Source of the DNA: Verrucomicrobiia bacterium
GTDB taxonomy: Bacteria > Verrucomicrobiota > Verrucomicrobiia > Limisphaerales > UBA1319
Assembly (NCBI GenBank): GCA_963664225.1
Contig: OY760937.1
Span: 3,840,001-3,904,000, forward strand
Direction of reading: 5' to 3'
Length of the DNA stretch: 64,000 nt
Below, piece by piece: positions 42,567-52,561 of the stretch. How positions within the stretch are numbered: position 1 is the stretch's first letter; every line of letters begins with the position of its first letter. The notes under the pieces are model-generated. The model had not been told where the DNA came from and searched no databases. It worked only from the letters and a program-made list of their open reading frames with translations. The position numbers and the translations under genes are program-made.

Positions 42567-42673
42567 TCCGCTGCCTGCCGGATTTGGCCGCGACGGGATT
42601 GACACGGAAACGCAAAGGCGGGTGTATTGCGATTCGTGTTGCAGAGGTCCATTATTTGCATGAGACTAACCCC

Positions 42674-43894
42674 ATGAGAGCGAAAGTATTCCTCTGCGTC
42701 TCGCTGCTCCTGAATTTGGGCCTGTTGGCCGCCGCCATCCATTTCGCCAATCGTGTCTCCCCGGCTCCCGCAGCGAAATCCGAAACCCTCGCGCGCGATT
42801 CAGGTTCAAACTCACCCAAGGATCGTGTCATCGTGCGGCGCCAGTTTTTTTCCTGGAGCGAACTCGAATCCACGGATTACAACGCCTACATTGCCAACCT
42901 TCGGGAGATTGGATGCCCAGAGACCACGATTCGAGACATCATCGTCGCGGATGTGAATCAGCTCTTTGCCCAACGCCGTGAAAAGGAAATCCCGATTCCT
43001 GAGCAGCCATGGTGGCGTTCCGAGCCGGAATGGGGCGCGATTCAGGCGTCCGCTGAAAAAAGCAAGGCCCTGGAAGAGGAGCGCAAGGCGTTGCTGGCCA
43101 AATTGCTGGGACCAAACTGGGACGTCACGGCTCTGGCGGCCAACCGATCCACAAATGGCGTCGCGTTTACCGGCGCTGTCTTGAGCCAGCTTTCACCGGA
43201 AACCAAGACCAGGGTTCTCGGGATCAATAGTCGCGCCCAAGCCCGCATGGAGGAATATCGTCTGGCTCAGGAGAAAGCGGGCAAGCCGCTCGATCCGGTC
43301 GAAATGGCCCGGCTCCGACAGGAGACTCGAGCGGAATTATCCCAAGTCTTGAATCCGGATCAAATGGAGGAATATCTCCTGCGTTATTCCGCCACTGCCA
43401 CCCAGATGCGCCAGGAACTGTCGGGTTTCAATACCACGCCAGACGAGTTTCGCCAGATATTCAAACTGCGCGATGCCTACGATCAGCAGCTCCAATTGAC
43501 ATACGCGGGCAGCGATCCGGCCATGATCAAAAAAAGGCGGGAGATCGAGGATCAACGGGATGCCTCCATCCGGCAGGCCATCGGCCAGGAACGTTTCCGT
43601 TTTTACCAATTATCCCAGGACCCTCTCTTCCAGCAAACCCGTTCCACGGCGGTGGCCTCTGGCGCCCCGGCAGACGCAGTGCTGCCCATGTATCAGGTCA
43701 ACCAACTGGCGATCAAGGAGCAGCAACGGATTAAAAACGACATCACCCTCTCGGCTCAGGAGCGTGATGAGGCGCTGAAGATCATCCAGAAGGATCAGGA
43801 ACAGTCCTTGCAAAAAATCATTGCCTTGCGATCACAAGCCGAAGGCAAAACCAACGCGCCCGTGATGGACATGCCGCCTCTTCCTGGCAATTGA
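42674..43894 (+). CDS. Membrane-anchored helical hypothetical protein
   Basis: N-terminal TM (SLLLNLGLL); WSELESTDY..YIANLREIGCPETTIRDII motif; charged helical body. Confidence 0.75.
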   Translation: MRAKVFLCVSLLLNLGLLAAAIHFANRVSPAPAAKSETLARDSGSNSPKDRVIVRRQFFSWSELESTDYNAYIANLREIGCPETTIRDIIVADVNQLFAQRREKEIPIPEQPWWRSEPEWGAIQASAEKSKALEEERKALLAKLLGPNWDVTALAANRSTNGVAFTGAVLSQLSPETKTRVLGINSRAQARMEEYRLAQEKAGKPLDPVEMARLRQETRAELSQVLNPDQMEEYLLRYSATATQMRQELSGFNTTPDEFRQIFKLRDAYDQQLQLTYAGSDPAMIKKRREIEDQRDASIRQAIGQERFRFYQLSQDPLFQQTRSTAVASGAPADAVLPMYQVNQLAIKEQQRIKNDITLSAQERDEALKIIQKDQEQSLQKIIALRSQAEGKTNAPVMDMPPLPGN

Positions 43895-44010
43895 TTTTAC
43901 CCCCGTTTGGATCGCCTTCCGGGAAATCGATCAGGTCACTTTTGATTGCGCTGGCACGGCCTCAGCAAATTTCGCGTGCGCCTCAAAGTTGTTTTTGCTA
44001 GGAATGCGTC

Positions 44011-44490
44011 ATGGACGAGTTGCTGAAGTTATTGCGCGAGGACGCGGCCCTCAAGCCGGCCCAGATGGCTGCCATGTTAAATCTGACCGAAGCGGACGTG
44101 CTCAAGAAAATCAAGGAGTACGAGGCGCAGCGGTTGATTCTGGGCTATCAAGCCGTTCTCAACGAGGAAAAGTTGGGCTTGGGCATCGTGCGCGCCGTCA
44201 TCGAAGTGAAGATCACCCCCGAACGGGAGGGCGGCTTCAACCGCCTGGGCGAAAGGATCGCCAAATACCGCGAGGTGCGCTCCTGCTACCTCATGTCCGG
44301 GGCCTACGATCTGCTCGTGGTAATCGAGGGGAAAAGCCTTCAGGAGGTCGCCATGTTCGTTTCGGAGAGGCTGGCCACCATTCCCGGGGTTCTATCCACA
44401 GCCACGCATTTCATGCTCAAACCCTACAAGGACCACGGACTGTTGATGAGCGTTGAAAAGAACGAGGAACGCCTGTCGGTCTCGCCCTAA
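44011..44490 (+). CDS. Lrp/AsnC family regulator
   Basis: N-terminal HTH; YLMSGAYDL and STATHF in the RAM domain. Confidence 0.92.
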   Translation: MDELLKLLREDAALKPAQMAAMLNLTEADVLKKIKEYEAQRLILGYQAVLNEEKLGLGIVRAVIEVKITPEREGGFNRLGERIAKYREVRSCYLMSGAYDLLVVIEGKSLQEVAMFVSERLATIPGVLSTATHFMLKPYKDHGLLMSVEKNEERLSVSP

Positions 44491-44594
44491 AACCCTTGTT
44501 GGCCCCCGTTGAATAATTTCGAGGCGTCCCGCAAGTTTTTTGCGCGGACTCTTCGCTTTTCTCCGCCGCTGATTCTGTTTACATATTCGTCGCG

Positions 44595-46331
44595 ATGAAT
44601 TTGTTGCCATTTAGCACACTAAAACCATTTGCTCCGCGCCGGTTTGTGCCAGTCCAAATCAATTTGGGGAACTGGGAGGCGATTGCACCCCTGTTTGACA
44701 AGTTGGAGACAGAGTTGTTCGTCTGCAAAACTGCCGATGCCCTCGAGAATTGGTTGCTGGACTGGGGCGAATTGCGCGCGGTACTGGATGAGGAAAGTTC
44801 GCGCCGGTATATCGCCATGACCTGCCACACGGATGCCCCGGAGGCTGAGCGCGCCTATTTGGAATTCGTGGAGAAGATCGATCCCCAGCTCAAACCGCGT
44901 CAATTCAAGCTTGAACAAATCTTTCTCGCGCATCCGCTCCGGTCGTCGTTGCCCAGGGAACGCTATCTGGTATTTGAACGCAACACGCGCCAGCATGTGG
45001 AGCTTTACAAGACGGAGAATGTGGTTTTGGAAACGGATGAATCCCGTTTATCCCAGCAGTATCAAAAACTGTGCGGCACCCTGACGGTGGAATTTCAGGG
45101 GGAGGAAAAAACCCTGGTACAAATGGGGCGCTATCTGGAGGAGCCGGATCGGGCCTTGCGTCAGAAGGCATGGGAATCGGTGGCCGGACGACGATTGCAG
45201 GAGGCGGGTAAATTCGATGAACAGTTCGATGGCTTGATGGCGTTGCGGGGACGTATCGCTGCCAACGCGGGTTTCGCGAATTACATGGAATACGCCTTCC
45301 AGGCCCGGGGTCGTTTTGATTACAAACCCGGGGATTGTCTGGAGTTTCACACCGCCATCGAGCGGGAGGTGGTTCCCTTGCTCAGGAAACTGCAGGCGGA
45401 TCGGAAAAAGCGCATGGGATTGTCCGCGTTGCGTCCCTGGGATTTGGCAGTGGATCCGAAAAATCGCCCGGCGTTGCGTCCTTTCAAGGATGGCGAACAA
45501 CTCGCAGCCAGGACGCAGACCATTTTTGATCGACTCGATCCCAAACTGGGCCGTGAATTTGCCACCATGCGGAACCTCCACCTGCTGGATTTGGAGAACC
45601 GCAAAGGCAAGGCCCCAGGCGGTTATCAGTGTTCGCTGGCCGAAGCGCGGCTGCCGTTTATTTTCATGAACGCCGTGGGGATGCAGCGCGATGTGGAAAC
45701 CCTTCTGCACGAAGGAGGACATGCGTTTCACGCGATGGCCGCCCAAGGAGAGGATTTTTATCCCTATCGCGAGGCGCCCATCGAATTCTGCGAAGTCGCG
45801 TCAATGAGCATGGAGTTGTTGGGCAACGATTTCCTCGACGTCTTTCACGCACCAACGGAATGCGAACGCGCCCGACGCAACCACTTGGAGGGCATTGTGG
45901 ATGTCTTACCTTGGATTGCCACCGTGGATGCTTTCCAGCACTGGATTTACACTCATCCTGGTCATTCGCGCGCGGAACGCGGGGCGGCTTGGATGGAGTT
46001 GATGGACCGTTTTGGGGGCGATGTGGATTGGAGCGGTTTTGAAGAGGTTCGTAAAAACCTGTGGCACCGGCAATTACACATTTTTATCCATCCCTTTTAT
46101 TACGTGGAGTATGGAATTGCCCAATTGGGCGCGCTCCAAATCTGGGCGCACTCCCGTGAAAACCATGCCCAGGCGCTCGCGGATTACCATCGAGGACTGA
46201 GTTTGGGCGGGTCGCGGCCCTTACCGGAACTCTTTGAGGCAGCAGGGTGCCGGTTTGACTTCTCAGCCTCCACGGTGCGACCATTGATACAATTGGTGGA
46301 CAGCGAGTTGGAGAAATTGGATCGTCATTGA
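44595..46331 (+). CDS. M3B oligoendopeptidase F family
   Basis: HEGGHAFH, EVASMSME, HPFYYVEYGIAQLGA. Confidence 0.93.
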   Translation: MNLLPFSTLKPFAPRRFVPVQINLGNWEAIAPLFDKLETELFVCKTADALENWLLDWGELRAVLDEESSRRYIAMTCHTDAPEAERAYLEFVEKIDPQLKPRQFKLEQIFLAHPLRSSLPRERYLVFERNTRQHVELYKTENVVLETDESRLSQQYQKLCGTLTVEFQGEEKTLVQMGRYLEEPDRALRQKAWESVAGRRLQEAGKFDEQFDGLMALRGRIAANAGFANYMEYAFQARGRFDYKPGDCLEFHTAIEREVVPLLRKLQADRKKRMGLSALRPWDLAVDPKNRPALRPFKDGEQLAARTQTIFDRLDPKLGREFATMRNLHLLDLENRKGKAPGGYQCSLAEARLPFIFMNAVGMQRDVETLLHEGGHAFHAMAAQGEDFYPYREAPIEFCEVASMSMELLGNDFLDVFHAPTECERARRNHLEGIVDVLPWIATVDAFQHWIYTHPGHSRAERGAAWMELMDRFGGDVDWSGFEEVRKNLWHRQLHIFIHPFYYVEYGIAQLGALQIWAHSRENHAQALADYHRGLSLGGSRPLPELFEAAGCRFDFSASTVRPLIQLVDSELEKLDRH

Positions 46332-46365
46332 ATAATCAGGGTGTCGAGGCTATTGTAATACTGGA

Positions 46366-47253
46366 ATGTTGTATGATCGACCATATATGCGGGACAACGG
46401 GCCGTCGCAAACTTGGTGGCACTCGGCCGTCATTTGCCTGATTATTGCCAACACCGCGATCTATCTCCTTCAGCAAATCAATGGGTTTTATCTCCACTGG
46501 CCGTTGACCCAGTATCTTGCGTTGAGCGTTGATGGAATGCGGCATGGTTATGTCTGGCAATTGCTGACATTCCAGTTCCTCCATGCCGGTGGCTGGCATC
46601 TGGTGTTTAACATGTTGGCTCTTTATTGGTTTGGACGTCCGGTAGAGGATTCTCTTGGCAATGGGCGGTTCCTTGAAGCCTATTTTGCGAGCGGTGTTAC
46701 CGGTGGGCTGTTTCAAACGCTGTTGGGCTTTGCTTTTCCTGTCTATTTCGGGCAGGCGGTTGTGGGTGCTTCTGCCGGGGTCTTTGGGTTGATCACCTTG
46801 TTTGCGCTCATGGATCCCAGCCGTGTCATACTTTTGTGGTTCGTTCTGCCGGTGCGGGCGCTGTATTTTGTGTACGGCGCGTTATTCCTCACGCTGTTTT
46901 TCATTCTCGTGCCGTCGAGTTCGGGAGTGGCGCACGCGGCGCATTTGGGCGGAATCCTCGCAGCGATGGGTTATCTGAAATGGTTTGTTCAATCCGACCG
47001 CCGTCTGTTTAGCTGGAAAAGGTTTACGGTGGTCAGGCAGGAACCTGAATTGGTTGAGGCGGCCACAGCCAAACGCAGTTTCTGGCGGCGTTCCGAAAGC
47101 ATCGCCTTGGACGACATGCCTGCGGAGGAATTCATCAGCCGGGAGGTGGACCCGATTCTTGATAAGATTTCATCCCATGGCATTCATAGTTTGACGGCGC
47201 GGGAACGCAAGATATTGGAGGCGGCTCGTAAAAAAATGGCACGCCGCAAATAG
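46366..47253 (+). CDS. Rhomboid intramembrane serine protease
   Basis: WQLLT..FLH, HL.FNM, GASA, AHAAHLGG; C-terminal VDPILDKIS..GI.SLT. Confidence 0.93.
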   Translation: MLYDRPYMRDNGPSQTWWHSAVICLIIANTAIYLLQQINGFYLHWPLTQYLALSVDGMRHGYVWQLLTFQFLHAGGWHLVFNMLALYWFGRPVEDSLGNGRFLEAYFASGVTGGLFQTLLGFAFPVYFGQAVVGASAGVFGLITLFALMDPSRVILLWFVLPVRALYFVYGALFLTLFFILVPSSSGVAHAAHLGGILAAMGYLKWFVQSDRRLFSWKRFTVVRQEPELVEAATAKRSFWRRSESIALDDMPAEEFISREVDPILDKISSHGIHSLTARERKILEAARKKMARRK

Positions 47254-47778
47254 CCAGTACAGACTTCAACGATTTTCCATATTTATCGAATGGCCCGTTC
47301 ACGCATGGCGTCCAATAGCCATCGTATGAACGGTGGGTTGGTCAATCGGTCCCATGGACCTTCAGAAAACGGATGCACTGGTGTCGCGCGGATTCTTCTG
47401 CGAAAGCGCCAGGACGCTTCCGTGTGTTCCGTTCTGCCAGAACGCCATAGCACGCATCCTTACGGCTGGCACACCCGGTTGACAGGCCAGATTTCCCGTT
47501 TTGCTCCCGCCACTCTGTCGTCCGGTCCAATCAGTTAAAACAGGCCTCATGCTTCCCCGGGGATTGAGGTAGGAATTCAAATTTCCCACATTTGGGCTCA
47601 AGAATGTCCATTTAACCCGAAATCCGAAATACGAATGGTCAAGATGATGCAATGCTTTGAGGCAGCCATGATTTGCAATCGGCGAGGGTGTATTAAATCA
47701 ATACTCCACAGCCGGTTTCAAACCATGGATGGCCAAATGATTGCGTCAGATGGGCCGTTCCTATTTCGGATTTCGGGT

Positions 47779-49754
47779 GTGCGCCAGTGAAATTGGTAGC
47801 CTCGTGGGTGAAAGTCCCGCCGGTCGAATTAGACGGTTCACGACCGAAATGCAGCGTCCGGGACGAGGCCGTGAGGCCGAACCACAAGCGGGACGCTGAA
47901 AGAACTGTCGGGTCGTAACGAAAGTAAACCTCATCAAATGAGCTCCGAAACCGAAATAACCGGTAAGCCGAGCCGCTACCCGAACGGCGAAGGCAGAAAC
48001 GCGGCGTCATCAAATCGTCAAATGGGCGCTGTTGATTCCGGCGGAGTCAGCGAGGGCGACACGACAGGAAGGGAAACCAAGGTAAGCTGGGAGATCTCTG
48101 GAGGCGGGGCGATAAAGCCTCAACCGCCGGTGCAAGGAGGAACACCCTCCGAGGCCGCACGGGCAGCCAGAGAAGTCGGAGTCTTCCATAGTAGCGAAGA
48201 AGCTGGGGCGACCAAAACCCCGGCGGAGCCAAGGGAAGGCACTTGGATCGAAGCGAATCAAAACAGCGAGGGACAGGGAGATGGCCTTGAGGGAGTGGAA
48301 ACACTTTTTCAACGGATAACAACCCCGATAAAAGTTCAAAAGCTGCAGCGAGCGCTATATTGCAAAGCCAAGGCTGAGCCGAAGTATCGGTTTTACAGCC
48401 TCTACGGAGAACTGCTGCGGAAGGACGTGCTGGAAACGGCAATGGCCTCCGTGGCGCACAACAATGGCGCGGCTGGGATCGACGGGCAGACATGCGACGT
48501 CTATCTTGCCAGCGACGAAGCCTGGGACCAATGGCGGAACCAACTGCTGGAGGAGTTACGCACGAAGAAGTATCGGCCAAGCCCGGTGAAGCGTGTGTAT
48601 ATACCAAAAGGAGACGGGAAGCTGCGACCCCTGGGCATCCCGACAGTGAAAGACCGGGTGGTGCAGACAGCGGTGGTGATTGTATTGCTGCCGATTCTGG
48701 AAGCCGATAGTCATCCGAACAGTTACGCCTATCATCCCAAACGCAATGCCCACCAAGCAATGGAGGCGATCAAGAAGGCTACGCTGACAGGACGCGTCGA
48801 AGTTATAGACGCGGACTTAAGCGGGTATTTTGACAGCATTCCCCACAGGCGTTTGTTGCGCATAGTGGCCAAGCGGGTCAGCGATGGAACAATTCTCAAG
48901 CTGATCGCAGGATGGCTGCGCGCGCCCGTGAATGAACCGCAAAGCGACACAGGGAAAGGCGGGACAAAGGGGGGGCAAGGTCAGAATCGACGGGGGACTC
49001 CGCAAGGCGGGGTTGTATCGCCGATTTTAGCCAATGCATACCTCAACCAGTTGGATTGGGAAGTCAACGAACGCTGCGAACTCAAACCCGTGATGGTGAG
49101 ATACGCGGATGATTTCGTGATACTCGGACAGCCGGGGCAGGGACGGGAACTGATGGAACGACTGGAACGATGGCTGAAGCAACGCGAGTTAGTGCTCAAC
49201 GAGAAGAAGACCCGCTTGGTGGACCTCCGCCAGGATGGCATCAAATTCTTGGGATTCGCGCTAACAATGCGACAGGGGAAGGGGAAATGGAAATATCCGC
49301 ATGTGGAACCCCATCCCAAGAGCCAGAAGAAGTTTCGAGACGGGATTCGGGAGAAACTCAACCGAAGCACGCTATGGCGTGATATCGGAGAGGTGATTCC
49401 CGAGCTCAACAAGAAACTCAAAGGTTGGAAGGGTTACTTTCACTACGGGAACAGCACCAAGGTGATGGGCCAGATGAACGAATACGTCAGCAGCAAGTTA
49501 CAACGATGGTTGTGGCGCAAACACGGATGTAGTCGGGCGCAATGGTCCACATACCCCAAGGAGGATCTCTATGAGCGTTATGGTTTATACCAAATGCCGG
49601 AATATGCGGCATGGAAACGATGACGTCGAAGCGATGCAACGTATGATCCCCGGAGAGCCGGATGCGGGAAAACCGCCTGTCCGGTTCGATGAGGGGCGAA
49701 ATGCGACGGTCATTGGCCACGGCCATTCAATCCGTCCATTTCGCCTACTCTACT
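47779..49754 (+). mobile_element. Group II intron (IIB-like), about 1976 nt
   Basis: 5' GTGCG; domain V GAGCCGGATGCGGGAAAACCGCCTGTCCGGTTC (49655-49687); 3' CCTACTCTAC(T); EBS1/EBS2 pair with the 5' exon. 3' end is 49753 or 49754. Confidence 0.93.
48295..49623 (+). CDS. ltrA: Group II intron reverse transcriptase/maturase without endonuclease domain
   Basis: RPLGIPTVKDRVVQ, DADLSGYFDSI, GTPQGGVVSP, RYADD, FLG, GWKGYF; start uncertain (in-frame GTG 48295 chosen). Confidence 0.93.
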   Translation: METLFQRITTPIKVQKLQRALYCKAKAEPKYRFYSLYGELLRKDVLETAMASVAHNNGAAGIDGQTCDVYLASDEAWDQWRNQLLEELRTKKYRPSPVKRVYIPKGDGKLRPLGIPTVKDRVVQTAVVIVLLPILEADSHPNSYAYHPKRNAHQAMEAIKKATLTGRVEVIDADLSGYFDSIPHRRLLRIVAKRVSDGTILKLIAGWLRAPVNEPQSDTGKGGTKGGQGQNRRGTPQGGVVSPILANAYLNQLDWEVNERCELKPVMVRYADDFVILGQPGQGRELMERLERWLKQRELVLNEKKTRLVDLRQDGIKFLGFALTMRQGKGKWKYPHVEPHPKSQKKFRDGIREKLNRSTLWRDIGEVIPELNKKLKGWKGYFHYGNSTKVMGQMNEYVSSKLQRWLWRKHGCSRAQWSTYPKEDLYERYGLYQMPEYAAWKR

Positions 49755-49917
49755 TAAGGCATTGGCAGGAAAGAAATTCATCGCCATGCTCATGATGAAG
49801 CCCGGAGATTCTTGAGAATGCATTTTTTGAATGCGGAAACGAATTTCCAGTTGCGCACCAGCGTCAATTCTGGTGGAAATGAGTAGAACAATGAACAATC
49901 AGATAATTAAGAATATT

Positions 49918-50598
49918 ATGGTGTGGAACAAAATCATTGCCCCTTTGGCGCTGTCGGCCGTTATTGGCATGGCCGGAACCGCTTTTGCAGCCGATAAAGA
50001 AATGGCGCCGATCGACATCAAGCCCCCAATTCCGGCTTTCATGGGCACGCCGACGGATATCGCTATTAATGAACACATTGAGAAGCCTTCGGACAAGCCC
50101 CGCGCGCCCTTTATGGCCCCCAAAGGAGTCACCAATCTTGCCTTGAACAAGAAAGTCACCAGCAGCGACGCTTCGCCCATTTCCGGCTCTTTGGAACTGG
50201 TCACCGATGGCAACAAGGAATCGGCCGACGACACCTTCGTTGAATTGCATCGCAAGGTGCAGTGGGTGCAGATTGACCTCGAGAATCCCGCTGAAATCTA
50301 CGCCATTGTGATCTGGCACGCGCACAACACCCCCCAGCTTTACAAGAGCGTTGTGGTCCAAGTCTCGGATGACAAAGAGTTTACGAAAGATGTCAAAACC
50401 CTCTTCAACAACGATTACGAAAACGAAGCCGGTTTGGGTATTGGCACGGACAAGCAGTATTTCGAAAATTACGAAGGCAAACTCATTGACACCAAAGGTG
50501 TTAAGGGTCGCTATGTCCGCCTTTACAGCAAAGGCAGCAGCTTCAGCGCCCTGAATCGCTACACGGAAGTCGAAGTGTACGGTTTGGCCGCCAAGTAA
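49918..50598 (+). CDS. Secreted discoidin/F5-8 type C-like protein
   Basis: Signal peptide; NLALNKKVTSS, TDGNK, WVQIDL, GRYVRLYS, EVEVYG. Confidence 0.8.
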   Translation: MVWNKIIAPLALSAVIGMAGTAFAADKEMAPIDIKPPIPAFMGTPTDIAINEHIEKPSDKPRAPFMAPKGVTNLALNKKVTSSDASPISGSLELVTDGNKESADDTFVELHRKVQWVQIDLENPAEIYAIVIWHAHNTPQLYKSVVVQVSDDKEFTKDVKTLFNNDYENEAGLGIGTDKQYFENYEGKLIDTKGVKGRYVRLYSKGSSFSALNRYTEVEVYGLAAK

Positions 50599-52211
50599 TG
50601 AACAATCGGCTCGTCTTGGGCCTCTTTGCGGTGGTTTGCCTGGCGTTCGCCTTGCGGACCACGCAATTGGACAATCGGCCCATGCATACCGACGAGTCGG
50701 TTCATGCCAGCAAGTTTCAAGGGCTGTGGGAACTCGGGACGTATCAATACGATCGCAACGAGTACCACGGCCCTTCTCTTTATTACGCAACGCTTCCTGT
50801 GGCGTGGATGAGTCACGCCAAGTCTTTCGCGCAACTTCCTGAGTCCGTTTTGCGCCTCGTTCCGGCCCTATTCGGTGTCGCTCTTATTTTATTGCTCGGA
50901 TTCATAGTGGACGGCCAGGGGCGCGCGGCTGTTTTCTGGTCGGCTCTTTTCACTGCGGTCTCTCCAGCCATGGTGTTTTACAGCCGTTATTACATCCATG
51001 AGATGCCCTTTCTCTTTTTCACTTTTCTTCTCATGGTGGCCGCGTGGCGGTATTCCCGTAATTCGCGGTTGAGCTGGATGATTCTGGCCGGCGTGGCGCT
51101 GGGATTGATGCAGGCGACCAAGGAGACCTTTGTCTTTAACATCGCCGCGATGGTTCCGGCGGCGGGCCTCGTGTGGTGGTTGGAACATCGCCGTGCAAAG
51201 ACGCAATCGAGCTCCCTTTCGGCGGCTGACCAGCCCGGTCAAACGTCGTCTTTTTCGTTCAAGCCCGGCCATTGGATTTTGGGCATTCTGGCCGCAGCGG
51301 TTGTTTCCGTGACCCTCTTTTCCTCATTTTTCACCAATGCGGCAGGTCCGCTGGATTCCATTCGAACCTACCTGCCATGGATGAGTCGCGCGGGGGGGCA
51401 GAGTCCGCACAATCACCCGTGGTATTATTATTTGGAACTCATCGGATGGACCCACCGCTCCAAAAATCTGGTCTGGTCCGAGGGATTGATCCTTGGCCTT
51501 GCGGTCCTTGGAATGATCGCCGGATTTCTGAGAAAGGGTCTGGAGGAAAAGCATGTCCCCTGGGTGCGCTTCGTGGCGGTTTACACGTTGCTGCTGACCG
51601 CGGTTTATTCAGTCATTTCCTACAAGACTCCGTGGTGTCTGCTCGGATTCTTGCACGGATTCATTCTGCTGGCGGGCATTGGGGCGGCTGTTCTTATCCG
51701 ATCCTTCCGGCCTGTGGCGGTGAAAGTCATTATCGGGCTTATGTTGGTTGGGGCCACAGTCCAATTGGGGGGGCAGGCCTGCCGGGCGGCGTTTGTTTAT
51801 TCGTCTGATCCGCGCAATCCCTATGTCTATGCCCACACCCTGCCGGACCTGGTGGAGATGACGGAAAAAATCAAAACCATCTCGCAGGCTGACTCCAGGG
51901 GCGCTGATTTGCCCATTAATATCATCGCAGCAGGGGGGGATTACTGGCCGCTGCCGTGGTATCTGCGCGAGCTCACCAATACGGGTTACTACGCGGATGT
52001 GCCGACCAATCGGAGTCCGGCCATCATCGTCAACTCGCCGAAATTCGCACCTGTTCTGGACGCTCGTCTGACCAATGGCTTTGCGGATGCCGGTCTGTTC
52101 GGTCATCGTCCGGCGGTATTTCTTCAGTTGCGGGTTGAAAAGGGCCTCTGGAAGAAATACCTGGAATCGAAGTCGGTCCCATCCAAATCCGGGTTCCAAC
52201 CCGGCGGCTGA
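50598..52211 (+). CDS. GT-C/PMT-like membrane glycosyltransferase (TIGR03663/Agl23-like)
   Basis: MHTDE, YD..EYHGP, SP..VFYSRY..HE, YKTPW, YWPLPWYLR; many TM helices. Confidence 0.75.
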   Translation: MNNRLVLGLFAVVCLAFALRTTQLDNRPMHTDESVHASKFQGLWELGTYQYDRNEYHGPSLYYATLPVAWMSHAKSFAQLPESVLRLVPALFGVALILLLGFIVDGQGRAAVFWSALFTAVSPAMVFYSRYYIHEMPFLFFTFLLMVAAWRYSRNSRLSWMILAGVALGLMQATKETFVFNIAAMVPAAGLVWWLEHRRAKTQSSSLSAADQPGQTSSFSFKPGHWILGILAAAVVSVTLFSSFFTNAAGPLDSIRTYLPWMSRAGGQSPHNHPWYYYLELIGWTHRSKNLVWSEGLILGLAVLGMIAGFLRKGLEEKHVPWVRFVAVYTLLLTAVYSVISYKTPWCLLGFLHGFILLAGIGAAVLIRSFRPVAVKVIIGLMLVGATVQLGGQACRAAFVYSSDPRNPYVYAHTLPDLVEMTEKIKTISQADSRGADLPINIIAAGGDYWPLPWYLRELTNTGYYADVPTNRSPAIIVNSPKFAPVLDARLTNGFADAGLFGHRPAVFLQLRVEKGLWKKYLESKSVPSKSGFQPGG

Positions 52212-52495
52212 ATTCTTGAGAGGGTGGGTCGTCTAAAAGGCGGTTCCAGAAATCGACCCAACTCAGCCTGCGGTCAACCCGGTTGACCAGCGTTCAACCG
52301 AAAGTCAACCGGTTGAACGCAAAAATCCACTCCTTGCGGGCGCATCGCGCGTCCGCTTCCATAAGTGCGTGAGAGTATCCCGGCTGGAGAGACCGTATTC
52401 AACGAAAAACGAAACTCGGACACATCGTTTTATGGTTCGTTTTGGTTGGATCCAGGGATGCTTCCGACGGACGCGACCCGGAATTTACAATCCAC

Positions 52496-52524
52496 TTGAA
52501 ATAAAGGGTTTTCCGAATTAGTTT
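52496..52524 (+). promoter_or_regulatory. Putative sigma70 promoter of the nuo operon
   Basis: TTGAAA-N17-TAGTTT ending 37 nt upstream of the nuoB ATG. Confidence 0.5.
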
Positions 52525-52561
52525 GCCCGCTAACAAGGGCCGCCTACACCGGCCATTCCAA

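Larger units (their letters stand above)
47612..49757. mobile_element. ~170-bp MITE-like element with ~27-bp terminal inverted repeats; right TIR interrupted by the group II intron
   Basis: Left TTAACCCGAAATCCGAAATACGAATGG (47612-47638); right CCGTTCCTATTTCGGATTTCGGGT (47755-47778) plus TAA (49755-49757) after removing the intron. Confidence 0.7.

Noticed and set aside
43952..43967. sigma54-like TGGCACGGCCTCAGCA upstream of the Lrp gene
   Set aside because: Spacing is correct but the -12 element is poor (CAGC) and there is no other support
47938..48294. N-terminal 119 aa of the intron RT ORF
   Set aside because: Overlaps structured ribozyme sequence including the EBS loops; RT-like similarity begins near ITTPIKVQKLQ
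47938..49623. Retron, DGR or defence-type reverse transcriptase
   Set aside because: Flanked by a GTGCG 5' end, domains V/VI and EBS-IBS pairing, with a maturase X domain; no template repeat or msr/msd seen
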